Positions 1 through 14,746 of a stretch of 64,000 bases of DNA are shown here, in pieces; position 1 is the stretch's first letter, and the number at the start of each line of letters is the position of its first letter. The DNA is from the human T2T-CHM13v2.0 reference genome, Homo sapiens. Below the pieces are notes generated by a model. That model searched no databases. It had not been told where the DNA came from and worked only from the letters and a program-made list of their open reading frames with translations. The position numbers were made by a program, and so were the translations under genes. The stretch lies in assembly GCF_009914755.1 (NCBI RefSeq), contig NC_060928.1; one strand, given 5' to 3'.

Positions 1-2159
1 ATTTAACTTTTTCTTTTTCTGTTTGGTTGCCATTTATTTCTTTCTCTTGCCTAACTCCTCTGGCTAGGACTTTCAGTACTATGTTGAATGGGAGTGCTGA
101 GAGTGGGCATCCTTTTTTTTTGTTCCATTTCTCAAGGGGAATGCTTCCAGCTTTTGCCTACTCAGTGTGATATTGGCTGTGCGTTTGTCAGAAATGGTTT
201 TTATTTTGAGGTGTGCTCCCTTGGTGCCTAGTTTGTTGAGGGTTTTAAGTTATAAATGGATGTTGGATTTTATTGAAGACTTTTTCATGTCTATTGAGGT
301 GACTGACCATATACCTTTTGTTTTTAATTCTGTTTATGTGGTAAATTACATTTATTGATTTGTGCATGTTGAACCAACCTTGCCTCCCAGGAATGAAGCC
401 TACTTAATCATGTGGAATTAATTTTCTATGTGCTGCTGGATTTGGTTTGCTAATATTTTGAGAATTTTTACATTTATGTTTATGAGAGATATTGGCCTGT
501 AGTGTTTTTGTTGTTGTTGCTTTTGTGTCTTTGCCAGCTTTTGGTATCAGGGTGATTCTGGCTTCATAGAGTGAGCCAGAATTTATACTCCTTGGTTTTT
601 TTGAATAGGTTCAGTAGAATTAGTAGCAGCTCATCTTTGTACTTTTGGTAGAATTTGGCCATGAATCCATCTGGACTGGCGCTTGCTTTGGTTGGTAGGT
701 TTTTTTAAATTGTTCATTCCACTAACAACTTGATATTGTTTTTAGGGTTTCAATTTCTTCCTGATTCAATTTTGAGAGATTGTGTATTTGCAGGAAAGTA
801 TCCATTCTCTCTAGATTTTCTAGTGTTGTGCATAGAGGTGTTCATAATAGTCTCTGAGATCTTTTGTATTTCTGTGGGATTGGTTGTAATGCCACCTTTA
901 TTATTTCTGACTGTGCTTGTTTGGATCCTTTCTCTCCTTTTCCTTGTTAATTCTAGCCAGTGGTCTATTGAGCTTGTTTGTCCTTTCAAAGAACCAGCTT
1001 TTGGTTTACTTGATTCTTTATATAGATTTTGGGGCATCAATTTCCAGTTCTGCTCTGATTTAAGTTATCTTTTTTTCTTCTGCTAGCTTTGTGGTTAGTT
1101 TGTTTTTGTTTTTCTATTTCCTCAAGGTGTGATGTTAGATCATTCATTTGAGATCTTTCTGACTTTTTAATGTAGACATTTAGTGCTATAAACTTGCCTC
1201 TTAACACTGCTTTTGGTGCCTCCTAGAGATTTTTGGTTATTGTGTCTTTGTTTTCATTTATTTCAAAGAATTTTTTGATTTCTGCCTTAATTTCTTTGTT
1301 TTCCCAAAATTCACTCAGTAGCAAGTTGTTTAATTTTCATGTAACTGTATGGTTTTCGAAGATCTTCTTGGCGTTGATTTCTGTTTTTATTCTACTGTGA
1401 TCCAAAAGTATGGTTGGTATGATATTGCCTTTTCTGTATTTATTGGGACTTGTTTTATGGCCAAGCATGTGTACGATCTTGGAGCATGTACTATGTGCAG
1501 ATGAGAACACTGTATTCTGCGGTCAATGGATGGAATATTCTGTAGATGTCTATTAGGTCCAGTTGATCAAGTGTTGAAATTAGGTCTGAAATTTGTTTGT
1601 TAGTTTTCTGCTTTAATGATTTGTCTAACACTGTCAGTGGGGTGTTAAACTCTCCACTATTATTGTGTGGCTGTCAAAGTCTTTTCACAGTTCTAAAAAT
1701 AGCTGTTTTATGAATCTGGGTGCTCCAATGTTGGATGCATGTGTATTTAAGATAGTCAAGTCATCTTGTTGAATTGAACCCATTATGTAATGCCCTTCTT
1801 TGTCTGATTTTACTGTTGTTAAAGTCCGCTTTATCTGATATAAGAGCAGTGAGTACTGCTCTTATTATTTTTATTATTATTTTGCTTGCATCACATATCT
1901 TTCTCTAACTCTTTAGTTTGAGCCTATGGGTGTCATTATGTGCGATAAGGGTCTCTTGAAGACAGCAGATGGATTTCTTGTTTTTTTTTTTTTTAATCCA
2001 GTTTGCAACTCTGTGGCTTTTAAGTGGAGTGTTTAGATCACTTACATTCAAAGTTACTATTAATATGTGAGATTTTGATTCTATAGTGAAGTTATTAGCT
2101 GGTTGCTTTGTATTTTCTATTGTATTGTTGCTTTATACATCTGTAGCTATGTAATATAA

Positions 2160-2208
<49 letters not shown>

Positions 2209-4272
2209 TTTGGTAGTAGTTATCATTGTTTTGTTTCTAGGTCTAGAGCTCCCTTAAAGATCTCTTGTCAGACTGGTCTAGTGATTGCTTATCTGGGAAA
2301 GATTTTATTTCCTCTTGCTTATGAATCTTCATTGCATAGAATATGAAATTCCTGATTGGAATTGCTTATCTTTAAGAATGCTGAAAATAGGCCCCCAATC
2401 TTATCTGTTTTATAAGGTTTCTGGTGCAGAGTCCACTGTTAGCCTGAAGGAATTGTTTGTACATGATCTGACCATTTCCTGTAGCTGCCTTTAAGATGTT
2501 TTTCTTTAGTGCGGACTGTGAATACCCTGGAAACTATATGCCTTGGTGATTCTCATTTTGTATAATATTGTGCAGGTGTTCTCTGGATTTCTTGTACCTG
2601 GATGTCTACCTCTCTTGCAAGATGGGAACATTTTCCTGGAGTATTTTCTCAAAGATGCTTTCCAGGTTGTTTACTTTTTGCCCTTCTCTCTCAGGAATGA
2701 CAGTAAATCTTAGTGTGATTGCTTTACATAACCCCATATTTTTCAAATACATTGTTCATTTTTAAAAATTCTTTTTCTTTATTTCTCTCTGATTGTGTTG
2801 GTTCAAAAAACTGATCCTCAAGCTCTGAAATTTTTACTTCTGCTTTGCTGTCCAGTCTATTGATAAAGTTTTCCAATGTGTTTTGAAAATTGTTAAGTGA
2901 GTCTTTAATTCCAGAAGCCCGATTGATTTCTTTTTAGATGTTTGTCCCTTCCTTCATTTCCTCGGTTGCGTAAGAAGTTTCTTTGTGTTGATTTTCTATC
3001 TTGTCTTGGATCTCTTTGAGTATCCTTGCAATCCATGCTCTGAATTCTTTATGTGTCATTTCTGAGTTTTCATTTTGGTTAGGGATCATTGCTGGACAGC
3101 TAGTGTTATCCTTTGGTGGTATCACTACATTCAGATTTTTCATGGTGCCAGAATTATTGCACTGACTTCTCATCTGGAGACACCAGCACTTCTAATTTTT
3201 TGTAATTATTTTCATATGGGAAGGAATGTTTTTCTTTCTTTCCCAAAAAAAGTTGTTTTTTTTTTTTTTCTTTTCCTTTCCCCTTACCCCATCTCCCTAG
3301 GGGATGTGACTATAGCAAATGTTGGGTAGGATCTTTTGGCTTTGCTTCCATAACCCTATACTATATTGAGTTTTATACTGACCTGTGCAGTTTGACCTAT
3401 AAGCTAGTAGGTGGTGCTTATGGGTAAGACCTCGGTGTGGCCAGCATGGCAGGAGATATACTTGATCTTTGTTTACTGGAAGAAGCTCTCTGTTGCCTCA
3501 GGCAGTGGGCTAATTTGTGGAGTGCACAGGGATCTGCTCAATCCAATCAGCCCTGGGAGTGGGGCACAGGGAAAGAATGGCAGGCCCAGACTGTGAAGTC
3601 TGCCTACTGGTCCCCTGATGGTGAGCACAAGCACCAGTGCTGAGAGAGAATCCAGTGGGCAGCCACTAAATACTTAGAGGTGTGACTAGGCATGGAGCTG
3701 GGAAACCTTTTCAGCCCCAAGTTCTCAAATGGAAGGAAGGGGGCAGCTGGAACTTCCAATCCAGGAGAGTAGGTGCTCTAGATGCCTGGAGAGCTGCCAG
3801 AGCAAACTGTAGAGGGCCTCCTGCAACAGGATCTCTGCACATAAAGGGTGAGCTTGCTCAGTCAGGCTGCAAATTCAGGTGAGAGGGGGTTCTGAATACC
3901 TGGAGATGTGCCTAGGCATGGGGTGGAGAGGGCCCTTCTTCACTGTAGTCTCTGCAAAGGAAGGGTGAGGTCACTCAGGCTGCAAGTCTTGTCACCCAGG
4001 AGAAACTGCCATTGTAGCAGCTCTCCTTCTGCCCCAAGCCTGTGACAGGAGAAATCACAATTCTAGCACCTACTGCTGAGATGCTTTGCACCCAGCAGCG
4101 TGTGTGGTCACACTGCTGGGTGACCAAAGAATGGCTGACTTTGTATGTGCTTAGGTTAAAAATGGCATCTTGCTCCCAATTCTGGATCTGGGAAAATGCA
4201 CGAAGCATTTTGCTCTTGTCAAGTGCCCGAGGTATGCTACATGCCAAAAACTTCGCATCCACCATCTTGGTT
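1..4272 (-). mobile_element. Old LINE-1 (L1PB4/L1MA-like), 5' part: 5'UTR with about 130-bp internal repeats, decayed ORF1, EN and start of RT of ORF2; continues beyond the window start
   Basis: Minus-strand ORF fragments are L1-like (750-1040 NNKGGITTNPTEIQKI; 2934-3173 ORF1 N-terminus). The 5' end motif CCAAGATGG is on the minus strand at about 4262-4270. Repeated 5'UTR units lie at 3670-3985. Confidence 0.92.
2161..2206. repeat. (TG)23 microsatellite between L1 ORF1 and ORF2
   Basis: Read directly from the sequence. Confidence 0.98.
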
Positions 4273-4529
4273 GGGTGGGGAGGGGACTTGTTCATGTAGT
4301 ATATGATTTTTAAATTAAGTCAAAGACTGGTTTTGTGTAGGTGCATCTATCCATGCAGATGGTGGGAGAACAAGCCTACACTTATTTTAGGAGGTGTCTT
4401 CTAGGACCAATCAATTCTTATGCTCCTGGAGAGGTGATACAGTACAGTTAATGGAGGTGTCACTACTGCTGTGAACAGATCAGTTGCCATGGGTTCTTTC
4501 TAATGGGTTCAAAGCTCAGTGTTCTTTAC

Positions 4530-5225
4530 TAATTTCTCATTTTCATTCCCACTGTCATAGTTCAGGCCCTTATTACCTCCTGTCTGGACTACCAGCTGGT
4601 CTGATTGACTGTGGTGTCACATATCTCAAAATCACGTACAGAACTTAAGGCTCCCAAAGTTTCCTTTTTATCATATCACTTTCCTGATAAAAAGTCTCCA
4701 GCAGGTCCCCATCACCTACTGAATGAAGAACAGACTTTGTAGCCTGGCATCTAACAGTCTCCTGAACTGGCAATAACCCATCTGTCCTGCCTTATGCTCT
4801 TTGATAACTCACATGAATCCTTTATCCATGCCTGCTGATAGCTGCTAGTGGCTTAGTTTTCCTTATGCCATTTCCTTTTCTTTTGCTTTTCTGTCCAATG
4901 AAATAAACATATACTCCTCTTCTATTTCTTCCATCAGCATTCTATGTATGCATTCTTTTATGCCCATTACAAATCCCTCTGTCTTCAATAAAGCTCTTGG
5001 ATCAGTTCAACTATAAGAGACTTTTCATCCTCTGAACTCTATGAGTGGACTTACGATATCTCTTCTATATAGCTATAATTTTGTCTTTGGATTATAGTTA
5101 AAACACATATTTATATGGGATTTTGAAGTTATTAAATTCAGGGGCTGCATCTTAGTCATTTCTGCACCCCACAGTGACTAGCCCAGGGCCATACGTAGTA
5201 AATACTCCAAAAATATAAGTTGCAT
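4530..5225 (+). mobile_element. L2 fragment(s) including a 3' end
   Basis: L2-like motifs (tagttcaggccct...tctggact; gactagcccagggccatacgtagtaaatactc); highly diverged. Confidence 0.6.
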
Positions 5226-5259
5226 TCAAAATGAGATAGTTACCACCATTCTAGAGAGC

Positions 5260-5520
5260 CTTATCCACAAAATCCTAAATCCCCAAAGGCAAGTGGTTAT
5301 AATGTTTCTTCTGCCCTGTTTGTACTTCTAGTGCCTTCTATTTTTCTTTTGAAAATTCATCACAATTGTAATTAAGGTGTTAATTTTCATAATTATTTCT
5401 TTATTGTTGGTCTTTGTAAGGACAGATATTAAGTCTGCTTAACTCCTCATTGTATGCTCAGAACAAGGACAGTACTTGGAATGTGGATGTCATGCAGCAA
5501 ATATTAACTGAATAAGTTAG
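5260..5520 (+). mobile_element. L2 3'-terminal fragment
   Basis: ...taaggacag...agtacttggaatgtggatgtcatgcagcaaatattaactgaata resembles the L2 terminus. Confidence 0.55.
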
Positions 5521-6394
5521 TAAGTTTTCTACATAACCTATTTCCCAAACACCTGAAACAATAGCTATGTGTTCAAAGATATATATTGGACACTTACTAT
5601 ATTGAGCACATGCTAGGGCTGGGGAAACAAGCAAAATTGAAAGTGACTTCCTGCATACTCATGAGTGAAAGTTTCATTCAATTCAATCAATTGACAAAAT
5701 AAGATGAGCCAATTTGTCTGGTTTTAGTTGACAGCAGATCAATCCCTGCCATACCTGGTCCATAAAGGAATCACAAAATCTCACTAACTAAGGCTGACTT
5801 ACATTCCTGGCAAAACCAACATGGCCAGCCTTACAAGGAAGGGTTATTTGACACCTTTAATTTATGCCTAATTTTTCAGATATCTGGAACTATTTCTTCT
5901 GTGTAGTAGATTTTGCCTCACATGAATAATGTCAGTGGACATGCATCTACAGTGTAGGACTCAGTTGACAATACAGAATGTATATCTTCAATATTGTAAA
6001 GGATCTCATGTTTAAATGGTCTGTCATAGTCCTGTCAAAAGTTGAGATGGGACATTTAGTATTCAACTGGGTTACTCTAAGAGGCACATCATGTATATAT
6101 TCCTCCTGACACGAACTTGAAACCTGTGTTAGGTTAGATCAGTATAGATTGAGCCATGAACTATAGAACATATTATAAAGCTCTATGCTTGGCTTTTATT
6201 GGAGTCATATGAGAAATGGTTCTATGTAGAAGATCCCATTATTAAAAAAAAACCAGTAGTTAAAGATATTATGTGTAAATTTATTCAATATTTTAATATG
6301 AGCACCTATATATTTTTTCCTGTATTTCAGATTAAGATAAACTTTGTCCACTGATATGCTTTCTTTCAGTAGTTAATGAAAGATTTGCAACTAG

Positions 6395-9300
6395 GAGAGA
6401 TTAGGAAAATGGTGGATAGGAGGCAGGACTAAATTGCAGCTCCTACCTGGATGGACAGAACAACACGTAGAGATTCACATTGTGAAATTTTGCTCCAAGA
6501 ACCACTACAGGAACATACAAGTGAAGCCAAGAGAATGCACAGACACTTTGAAGGAAGTGGATTGCTCCTGCAGGCCCCAGGAGACAGCCCAAAAACTGTG
6601 AGTGCCCAAAGTGTGAAAGTGGGAAAGGGAGATTATCTGCCCCTGAACACACACCCTCCCTGGATAACCTAAAGATCCAGATCATGGGAGAAGGGTTTGA
6701 CCTTACCTGGAGCTGAGACTATTTTAGAGAACCCAGTGAAATACAGGGGTAGAAGAAGAGTGGGAAGAGCCCTGTGGGCTCTCTCAGTCCTCAGGAAAGC
6801 CATTTCTGATTTTGTGTTGCAGAGGTCCATGGGGAGGGCTGCCAGAGGAACTGGGAAAAAAACCACAGTGAGAAGAAAAGTTCCAGCTGAGCTTTTTAAC
6901 AATGTTGACTGAACGTGAAGTTTCCTGGACAGGATTCGGGTGATGGGGTGAATCTGGAGTGCAGACACAGCACAGAAGCCAGTGCAGGCAGGGAAGAGTA
7001 AAACCTGAAAGCTCTGCTTTCTTTTGCAGCCATGAGGCTGGTAGCCTGGGGCAGGTCTCAGCCCTGCTCACCTGCTCCTGGAAACAAACTTGGTGCTGTT
7101 GAGTAGGGCACAGTGGGAGTGAGACCAGCCTTTTGGGTTGCATGGGAGCTGAATGAGGCCTGTAACTGCCAGCTTTGCCCCACTTCCCTTGCGACTTTCA
7201 TGCCACAGCAGAGGCAGCCATAATCACCCTGGGAACATAACTACAATGGCCTGAGAACCACACCTCTCATACCCCACAGCAGCTGCCTCAAGCCCTTTCA
7301 AGGAGAATCTGAGCTCAGTCATGCCTAACCCTGCCCTCACCAGATAACCTTTCTATACCCGCCTTGGTAGCTGAAGACAAAGGACATATTCTCTTGGGAG
7401 ACCTAGGGTCCCATCCACTGCCTGATCTTTCCTGTACTACCACAGCTTATGCTCTCTTGAAAGTGCCACCTCCTGGCAGAATACCAACCAGCAAAAAACT
7501 AGTGCAATAAACAAAACTACAACTCAGTACCCTCACAGAGTCCATTTCACTACCTTGCCACCTCCAGCAGAGCAGGTGCTGCTACTTATGACTGAGAGAC
7601 CTGAAGACAGTTCACATCACAGGACTCTGTGGAGACAACCTCCAGTACCAGCCTGGAGCCCAGTAGCTCTGCTGGGTAGCTAGATCCAGAAGATAAACAA
7701 CAATCACTATAGTTTGGCTCTTAGGAAGCCACATCCCTAGGAAAAGGGGGAGAGCAGTACATCAAGGGAGCACCTATAGGACAAAAGAATCTGAAGAGCA
7801 GCCTTGAGCCCCAGATCTTCCCTCTGACATAGTCTACCCAAATGAGAAGGGACCAGAAAAATAATTCTGGTAATATGACAAGACAGGGTTCTTTAAGACC
7901 CCCAAAACATCATACTAGCTCACCAGCAATGGATCCAAACTAAGAAGAAATCCCTGAAATGCCAGAAAAAGAATTCAGAAAGTCAATTCTTAAGCTAATC
8001 AAGGAGGCACCAGAGAAAGGTGAAATCCAACTTAATGAAATCAAAAAAATGATACAAGATATGAAGGGAAAAATCTTCAGTGAAATAGATAGCATAAATT
8101 TAAAAAAACACAACTTCTGGAAATAAAGGACACATTTAGAGAAATTCAAAATGCACCAGACAGTCTCAGCTATAGAATTGAGCAAATAGAAAAAAAAAGT
8201 TCAGGGCTCAAAGACAAGGGTTTTGAATTAACCCAATCCAACAAATACAAAGAAAACAGAAATAAAAAAATGAACAAAGCCTTGAAAAAGTTTGGGATTA
8301 TGTTAAATGACCAAACCTAAGAATAATTGGTGTTCCTGAGGAAGAAGAGAACTCTTAAAAGTTTGAAAAACATATTTGAGGGAATAATCAAGGAAAACTT
8401 CCCTGGCCTTGCTAGAGATCTAGACATCCAAATACCAGAAGCTCAAAGAACACTTGGGAAATTTATTACAAAAAGATCATCACCTAGGCACGTAGTCATC
8501 AGGTTATCTAAAGTCAAGACAAAGGAAACAATCTTAACAGCTGTAAGGCAAAAGCACCAGTTAACCTAAAAGGAAAACCTATCAGATTAACAGCAGATTT
8601 CTCAGCAGAAACCTTACAATCTAGAAGAGATTGGGGCCCTATCTTCAGTCTCCTTAAACAAAACAATTATCAGCCAAAAATTTTGTATCCAGTGAAATTA
8701 AGCTTCATAAATGAAGGAAAGATACTGCTTTTTCAGAAAAACAAATGCTGAGAGAATTTGCCACCACCAAGCCAGCACTACAAGAACTGCTACAAGGAGT
8801 TCTAAATGTTGAAACAAATGCTTGAACTACACCAAAATGGAATCTGCTTAAAGCACAAGTCTCACAGGACCTATAAAACAAAAACACAATAAATGAATAC
8901 CTAAGGTGTTTAGGCAACAAATAGCACAATGAATAGAATAGTACCTCGCATCTCAATACTCATGTTAAATGTCAATGTCCTGAATGCTCCACTTAAAAGA
9001 TACAGAATGGCAGAATGGGTAAGAATTCACCAATCAAGTATCTGTTGTCTTCAAGAGACTCATGTGACATATAACATAAAGGGGTGGAAAAATATATTCC
9101 ATGTAATTGGACACCAAAAGAGAGCAGGAGTAGCTATAGCTATTCTTATATAACAAAACAAACTTTAAAGCAACAGCAGTTAAAAAAGACAAAGAGAAAC
9201 ACTATATAATGAAAAAAGGACTTGTCTAACAAAAAATTATCACAGCCATAGATACGTATGCACCGAACACTGGAGCTCCTAAACTTATAAAGCAATTACT

Positions 9301-11180
9301 ATTCTACCTAAGAAATGAGATAGACAGCAACAAAATATTAGTAGTGGGCTTCAATACTCCACTGACAGCACCAGACAGGTCATCAAAACAGAAAGTCAGT
9401 GAAGAAATGATGGGTTTAAACTTTATTCTAGAAAAAATGGACTTAGTAGATATTTACAGAACATTCTACCCAAACAGCTTCAGAATATACATTCTATTCA
9501 TTAGCACATGGAACATTCTCCAAGATAGACCATATGATAGGCCACAAAGCAAGTATCAATAAATTTTGAAAAACTGAAATTATATCAAGTACTCTCACAG
9601 ACCACAGTGGAATACAATTGGAAATCAAAAGGAAACCTCAAAACCATGCAAATACTTGGAAATTAAATAACCTGCCCCTGAACAATCATTGGATCAATAA
9701 TGAAATCAAGATGGAAATTTTAAAAGTCTTTGAACTGAGCAATAACAGTGACACAACTTATCAAAACACCTGGGATACAGCAAAGACAGCACTAAAAGTT
9801 CATAGCCTTAAATGCCTACATCAGAAAGTCTGAAAGATCAAAAATAGACAATCTAAGGTCACACCTCCAGAAACTAAAGAAACAAGTACAAACCAAACCC
9901 AAACTCAGTAGAAGAAAAGAAATAACAAAGATCAGAGCAGAACTAAATGAAACAAAAGAAATACAAAAGATAAATGAAACAAAAAGCTGGTTCTTCAAAA
10001 AGATAAATAAAATTGACAGATCATTAGCAAGATTAATCAAGAAAAGAAAAGAGAAGATCCAAATAATCTCAGTTAGAAGTGAAATGGGAGATATTACAAC
10101 TGATACCACAGACATACAAAAGATTATTCAAGGCTACTATGAACACTTTTACACGCATAAATTAGAAAATCTAGGAGATGGATAGATTCTTGGAAATATA
10201 CAACCCTCCTATATTAAACCAGGAAGAAATAGAAACTCTGAACAGCCCAATAACAAGAAACAAGATTGAAATGTTGATTAAAAAAATGGCCAGAACCAGG
10301 TGGATTCACAGCTGAATTCTATCAGACACTCAAGGAACAATTGCTACAAATCCTATGGACACTATTCCAAAACATAAAGAAGGAGTCCTCCCTAAATCAT
10401 TCTATGAAGCCAGTATCACACGAATACCAAAACCAGGGAAGGACATAACAAAAAAGAAAACTACAGACCAATATCCCTGATGATTATAGATGCAGAAATC
10501 ATTAACAAAATTCTAGCTAACTAAATCCAACAATATATTAAAAAGACAATATACCATAATCAAGTGGATTTAATACCAGGGATGCAGAGATGATTTAACA
10601 TATGCAAGTCAATAAATGTGATACACCACATAAACAGAATTAAAAACAAAAATCACATAATAATCTCAATAGATGCAGAAAAAGCATTTGACACAATCCA
10701 TCATTCCTTTATGATTAAAACCCTCAGCAAAATTGGCATAGAAGGGACATGTCTTAATGTAATAAAAGCCGTCTATGACAAACCCATAGCCAACATAATA
10801 ATAAACGGGTAAAAGTGGAAAGCATTCCCCCTGAGAACTGGAACAAGACAGGGATGCCCACTTTCACCACTTCTATTCAACATAGCACTGGAAGTCCTAG
10901 CCAGAGCAGTCAGACAAGAGAAAGAAATAAAGGGCATCCAGATCAGTAAAGAGGAAGTCAAACTCTGACTGTTTGCTGATAATATGATTGTATACCTAGA
11001 AAACCCTCATTCAAAAAGCTCCTTGAACTGATAAATGAATTCAGCAACGTTTTGGGACACAAAATTAATGTACACAAATCAGTAGCTCTACTATACACCA
11101 ACAGCAACCAAGTGAAGAATCAAATCAAGAACTCAACCCCTTTTAGAAACAAAAAAATAGAATTCTTAAGAATATAGCTA
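6395..11180 (+). mobile_element. L1PB (L1PBa-type 5'UTR), 5'-complete, interrupted in ORF2 by a younger L1PA; 3' part absent
   Basis: Starts with AAAATGGTGGATAGGAGGCAGGACTAAATTGCAGCTCC. ORF1 remnant at about 7842-8880. ORF2 remnant from 8929 (ISILMLNVNVLNAPLKRYR; [11 protein letters not shown]; [10 protein letters not shown]). Confidence 0.92.
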
Positions 11181-12190
11181 GGTGGCCGAATAGGAACAGC
11201 TCTGATCTGCAGCTCCCAGTGGGATTGTTGAAGAAGATTGGTGATTTCTGCATTTCCAATTGAGGTACCTGGTTCATCTCACTGGGACTGGTTGGAGAGT
11301 GGGTGCAGCCCACAGAGGGTAAGCTGAAGCAGGGCAGGGTGTTGCCTCACCCAGGAAGTGCAAGGGGTCAGGGGTTTTCCCTTTCCTAGCCAAGGGAAGC
11401 CGTGACAGACGGTACCTGGAAAATCGGGACACTCCCACCCTAATACTGCACTTTTCCAATGGTCTTAGCAAACGGCACACCAGGAGATTCTATCCTGTGC
11501 CTGGCTTGGCGGGTCCCATGGCCACGGAGCCTTGCTCACTGCTAGTGCAGCAGTCTGAGATAAAACTGCGAGGCTGCATCCTGGGCTGGGGGAGGGGCAT
11601 CTGCCATTGCTAAGGCTTGAGTGGGTAAACAAAGTGGCTGGGAAGCTCGAACTGGGTGGAGCCCACCTCAGCTCAAGGAGGCCTGTCTGTCTCTGTAGAC
11701 TCCACCTCTGCGGGCAGGGCATAGCTGAACAGAAGGCAGCAGACAACTTCTGCAGACTTAAACGTCCCTGTCTTACAGTTCTGAAGAGAGCAGTGCTTCT
11801 CCCAGCACAGCGTTTGAACTCTGAGAACAGACAGACTGCCTCCTTAAGTGGGTCCCTGATCACCATGTAGCCTGACTTGGAGACACCTCCCAGTAGGGGC
11901 CGACTGACACCTCATACAGCTGGGTGCCCCTCTGAGATGAAGCTTCCAGGGGAAGGATCAGGTAGCAATATTTGCTGTTCTGCAGCCTCCACTGGTGACA
12001 CCCAGGCAAACAGGGTCTGGAGTGGACCTCCAGCAAACTCCAACAGACCTGCAGCTGAGGGACCTGACTGTTAAAAGGAAAACTAACAAACAGAAAGGAA
12101 TAGCATCAACATCAACAAAAGGACATCCACAACAACACCCCATCTGTAGGTCACCATTATCAAAGACCAAAGGTAGATAAAACCACAAAG

Positions 12191-13220
12191 ATGGGAAGAA
12201 ACCAGAGCAGAAAAGCTGAAAATTCTAAAAACCCAACAGCTTCTTCTCCTCCAGAGGATCGCAGCTCCTTGCCAGCAATGGAACAAAGCTGGATGGAGAA
12301 TGACTTTGACACATTGACAGAAGTCAGCTTCAGAAGGTAAGTAATAACAAACTTCTCTGAGCTAAAGGAGGATGTCCGAACCCATTGCAAGGAAGCTAAA
12401 ATCCTTGAAAAAAATTAGACGAATGGTTAACTAGAATAAACAGCATAGAGAAGACCTTAAATCACCTGATGGAGCTGAAAACCATGGCACGAGAACTACA
12501 TGATGCATGCACAAGCTTCAGTAGCCAATTCGATCAAGAGGAAGAAAGGGTATCAGTGATTGAAGATCAAATTAATGAAATGAAACAAGAAGAGAAGTTT
12601 AGAGAAAAGAGAGTAAAAAGAAATAAACAAAGCCTCCAAGAAATATGGAACTATGTGAAAAGACCAAATCTGCATTTGATTGGTGTACTTGAAAGTGATG
12701 GAGAGAATGGTACCAAGTTGGAAAACACTCTTCAGGATATCCAGGAGAACTTCCCCAACCTAAAAAGGCAAGCCAACATTCAAATTCAGGAAATACAGAG
12801 AACACCACAAAGATATTCCTCGAGAAGAGCAACTCCAAGACACATAATTGTCAGATTCACCAAGGTTGAAATGAAGGAAAAAATGATAAGGGCAGCCAGA
12901 GAGAAATGCTGGGTTACCAACAAAGGGAAGCCCATCAGACTAACAGCAGATCTCTTGGCAGAAACTCTACAAGCCAGAAAAGAGTCGGGGCCAATATTCA
13001 ACATTCTTAAAGAAAAGAATTTTCAACGCAGAATTTCATATCCAGCCAAACTAAGCTTCGTAAGTGAAGGAGAAATAAAATCCTTTACAGACAAGCAAAT
13101 GCTGAGAGATTTTGTCACCTCCAGGCCTGCCTTGCAAGAACACCTGAAGGAAGCACTAAACATGGAAAGGAACAACCAGTACCAGCCACTGCAAAAATGT
13201 CAAATTGTAAAGACGATCGA
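12191..13220 (+). pseudogene. Disrupted L1 ORF1p (RNA-binding protein)
   Basis: MGRNQSRKAENSK start, then a premature TAA near 12338 and a frameshift. The 265-aa open part at 12469-13266 has RRATPRHIIVRF, GKPIRLTADL and ISYPAKLSF. Confidence 0.9.
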
Positions 13221-14078
13221 TGCTAGGAAGAAACTGCATCAACTAATGAGCAAAATAATCAGCTAACATCATAATGACAGGGTCAAATTCACACATAACA
13301 ATATTAACCTTAAATGTAAATGGGCTAAATGCCCCAATTAAAAGACACAGACTGGCAAATTGGATAAAGAGTCAAGAGCCATCAGAGTCCTGTATGCAGG
13401 AGACCCATCTCACGTGAAGAGACACACACAGGCTCAAAATAAAGGGATGGAGGAAGATCTACCAAGCAAATGGAAAACAAACAAACAAACAAAACAAAAA
13501 AGCAGGGGTTGCAATCCTAGTCTCTGATAAAACAGACTTTAAACCAACAAAGATCAAAAGAGACAAAGAAGGCCATTACATAATGGTAAAGGGATCAATT
13601 CAACAAGAAGAGCTAACTATCCTAAATATATATGCACCCAATACAGGAGCACCCAGATTCATAAAGCAAGTCCTTAGAGACCTACAAATAGACTTAGACT
13701 CCCACACAATAATAATGGGAGACTTTAACACCCCACTGTCAATATTAGACAGATCCACAAGACAGAAGTTAACAAGGATATCCAGGACTTGAACTCAGCT
13801 CTGCATCAAGTGGACCTAATAGACATCTACAGAACTCTCCACCCCAAATCAACAGAATATACATTCTTCTCAGCACCACATCACACTTATTCCAAAACTG
13901 ACCACACAGTTGGAGGTAAAGCACTCCTCAGCAAATGTAAAAGAACAAAAATCATAACAAACTGTCTCTTAGACCACAGTGCAATCAAATTAGAACTCAG
14001 GACTAAGAAACTCACTCAAAACTGCACAACTACGTGGAAACTGAACAACCTGCTCCTGAATGACTACTGGGTAAATAA

Positions 14079-14234
<156 letters not shown>

Positions 14235-14254
14235 TAATTAAAAGAACTAGAGAA

Positions 14255-14567
<313 letters not shown>

Positions 14568-14595
14568 TCAGAGGTAAAGTGTAGCCTTTCAGTAG

Positions 14596-14709
<114 letters not shown>

Positions 14710-14746
14710 TGATTTTTTAAAGAGATTAACAAAATAGATAGACCAC

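Noticed and set aside
11400-11610. L1 antisense ORF0
   Set aside because: A start resembling ORF0 (MADAPPPA) is present, but the frame diverges right after and no matching ORF of 60 aa or more is in the track.
12469-13266. 265-aa, 211-aa (51584) and 198-aa (41457) ORFs as genes
   Set aside because: They are fragments of L1 ORF1/ORF2 bounded by stops and frameshifts. No retrotransposition-competent L1 is visible.
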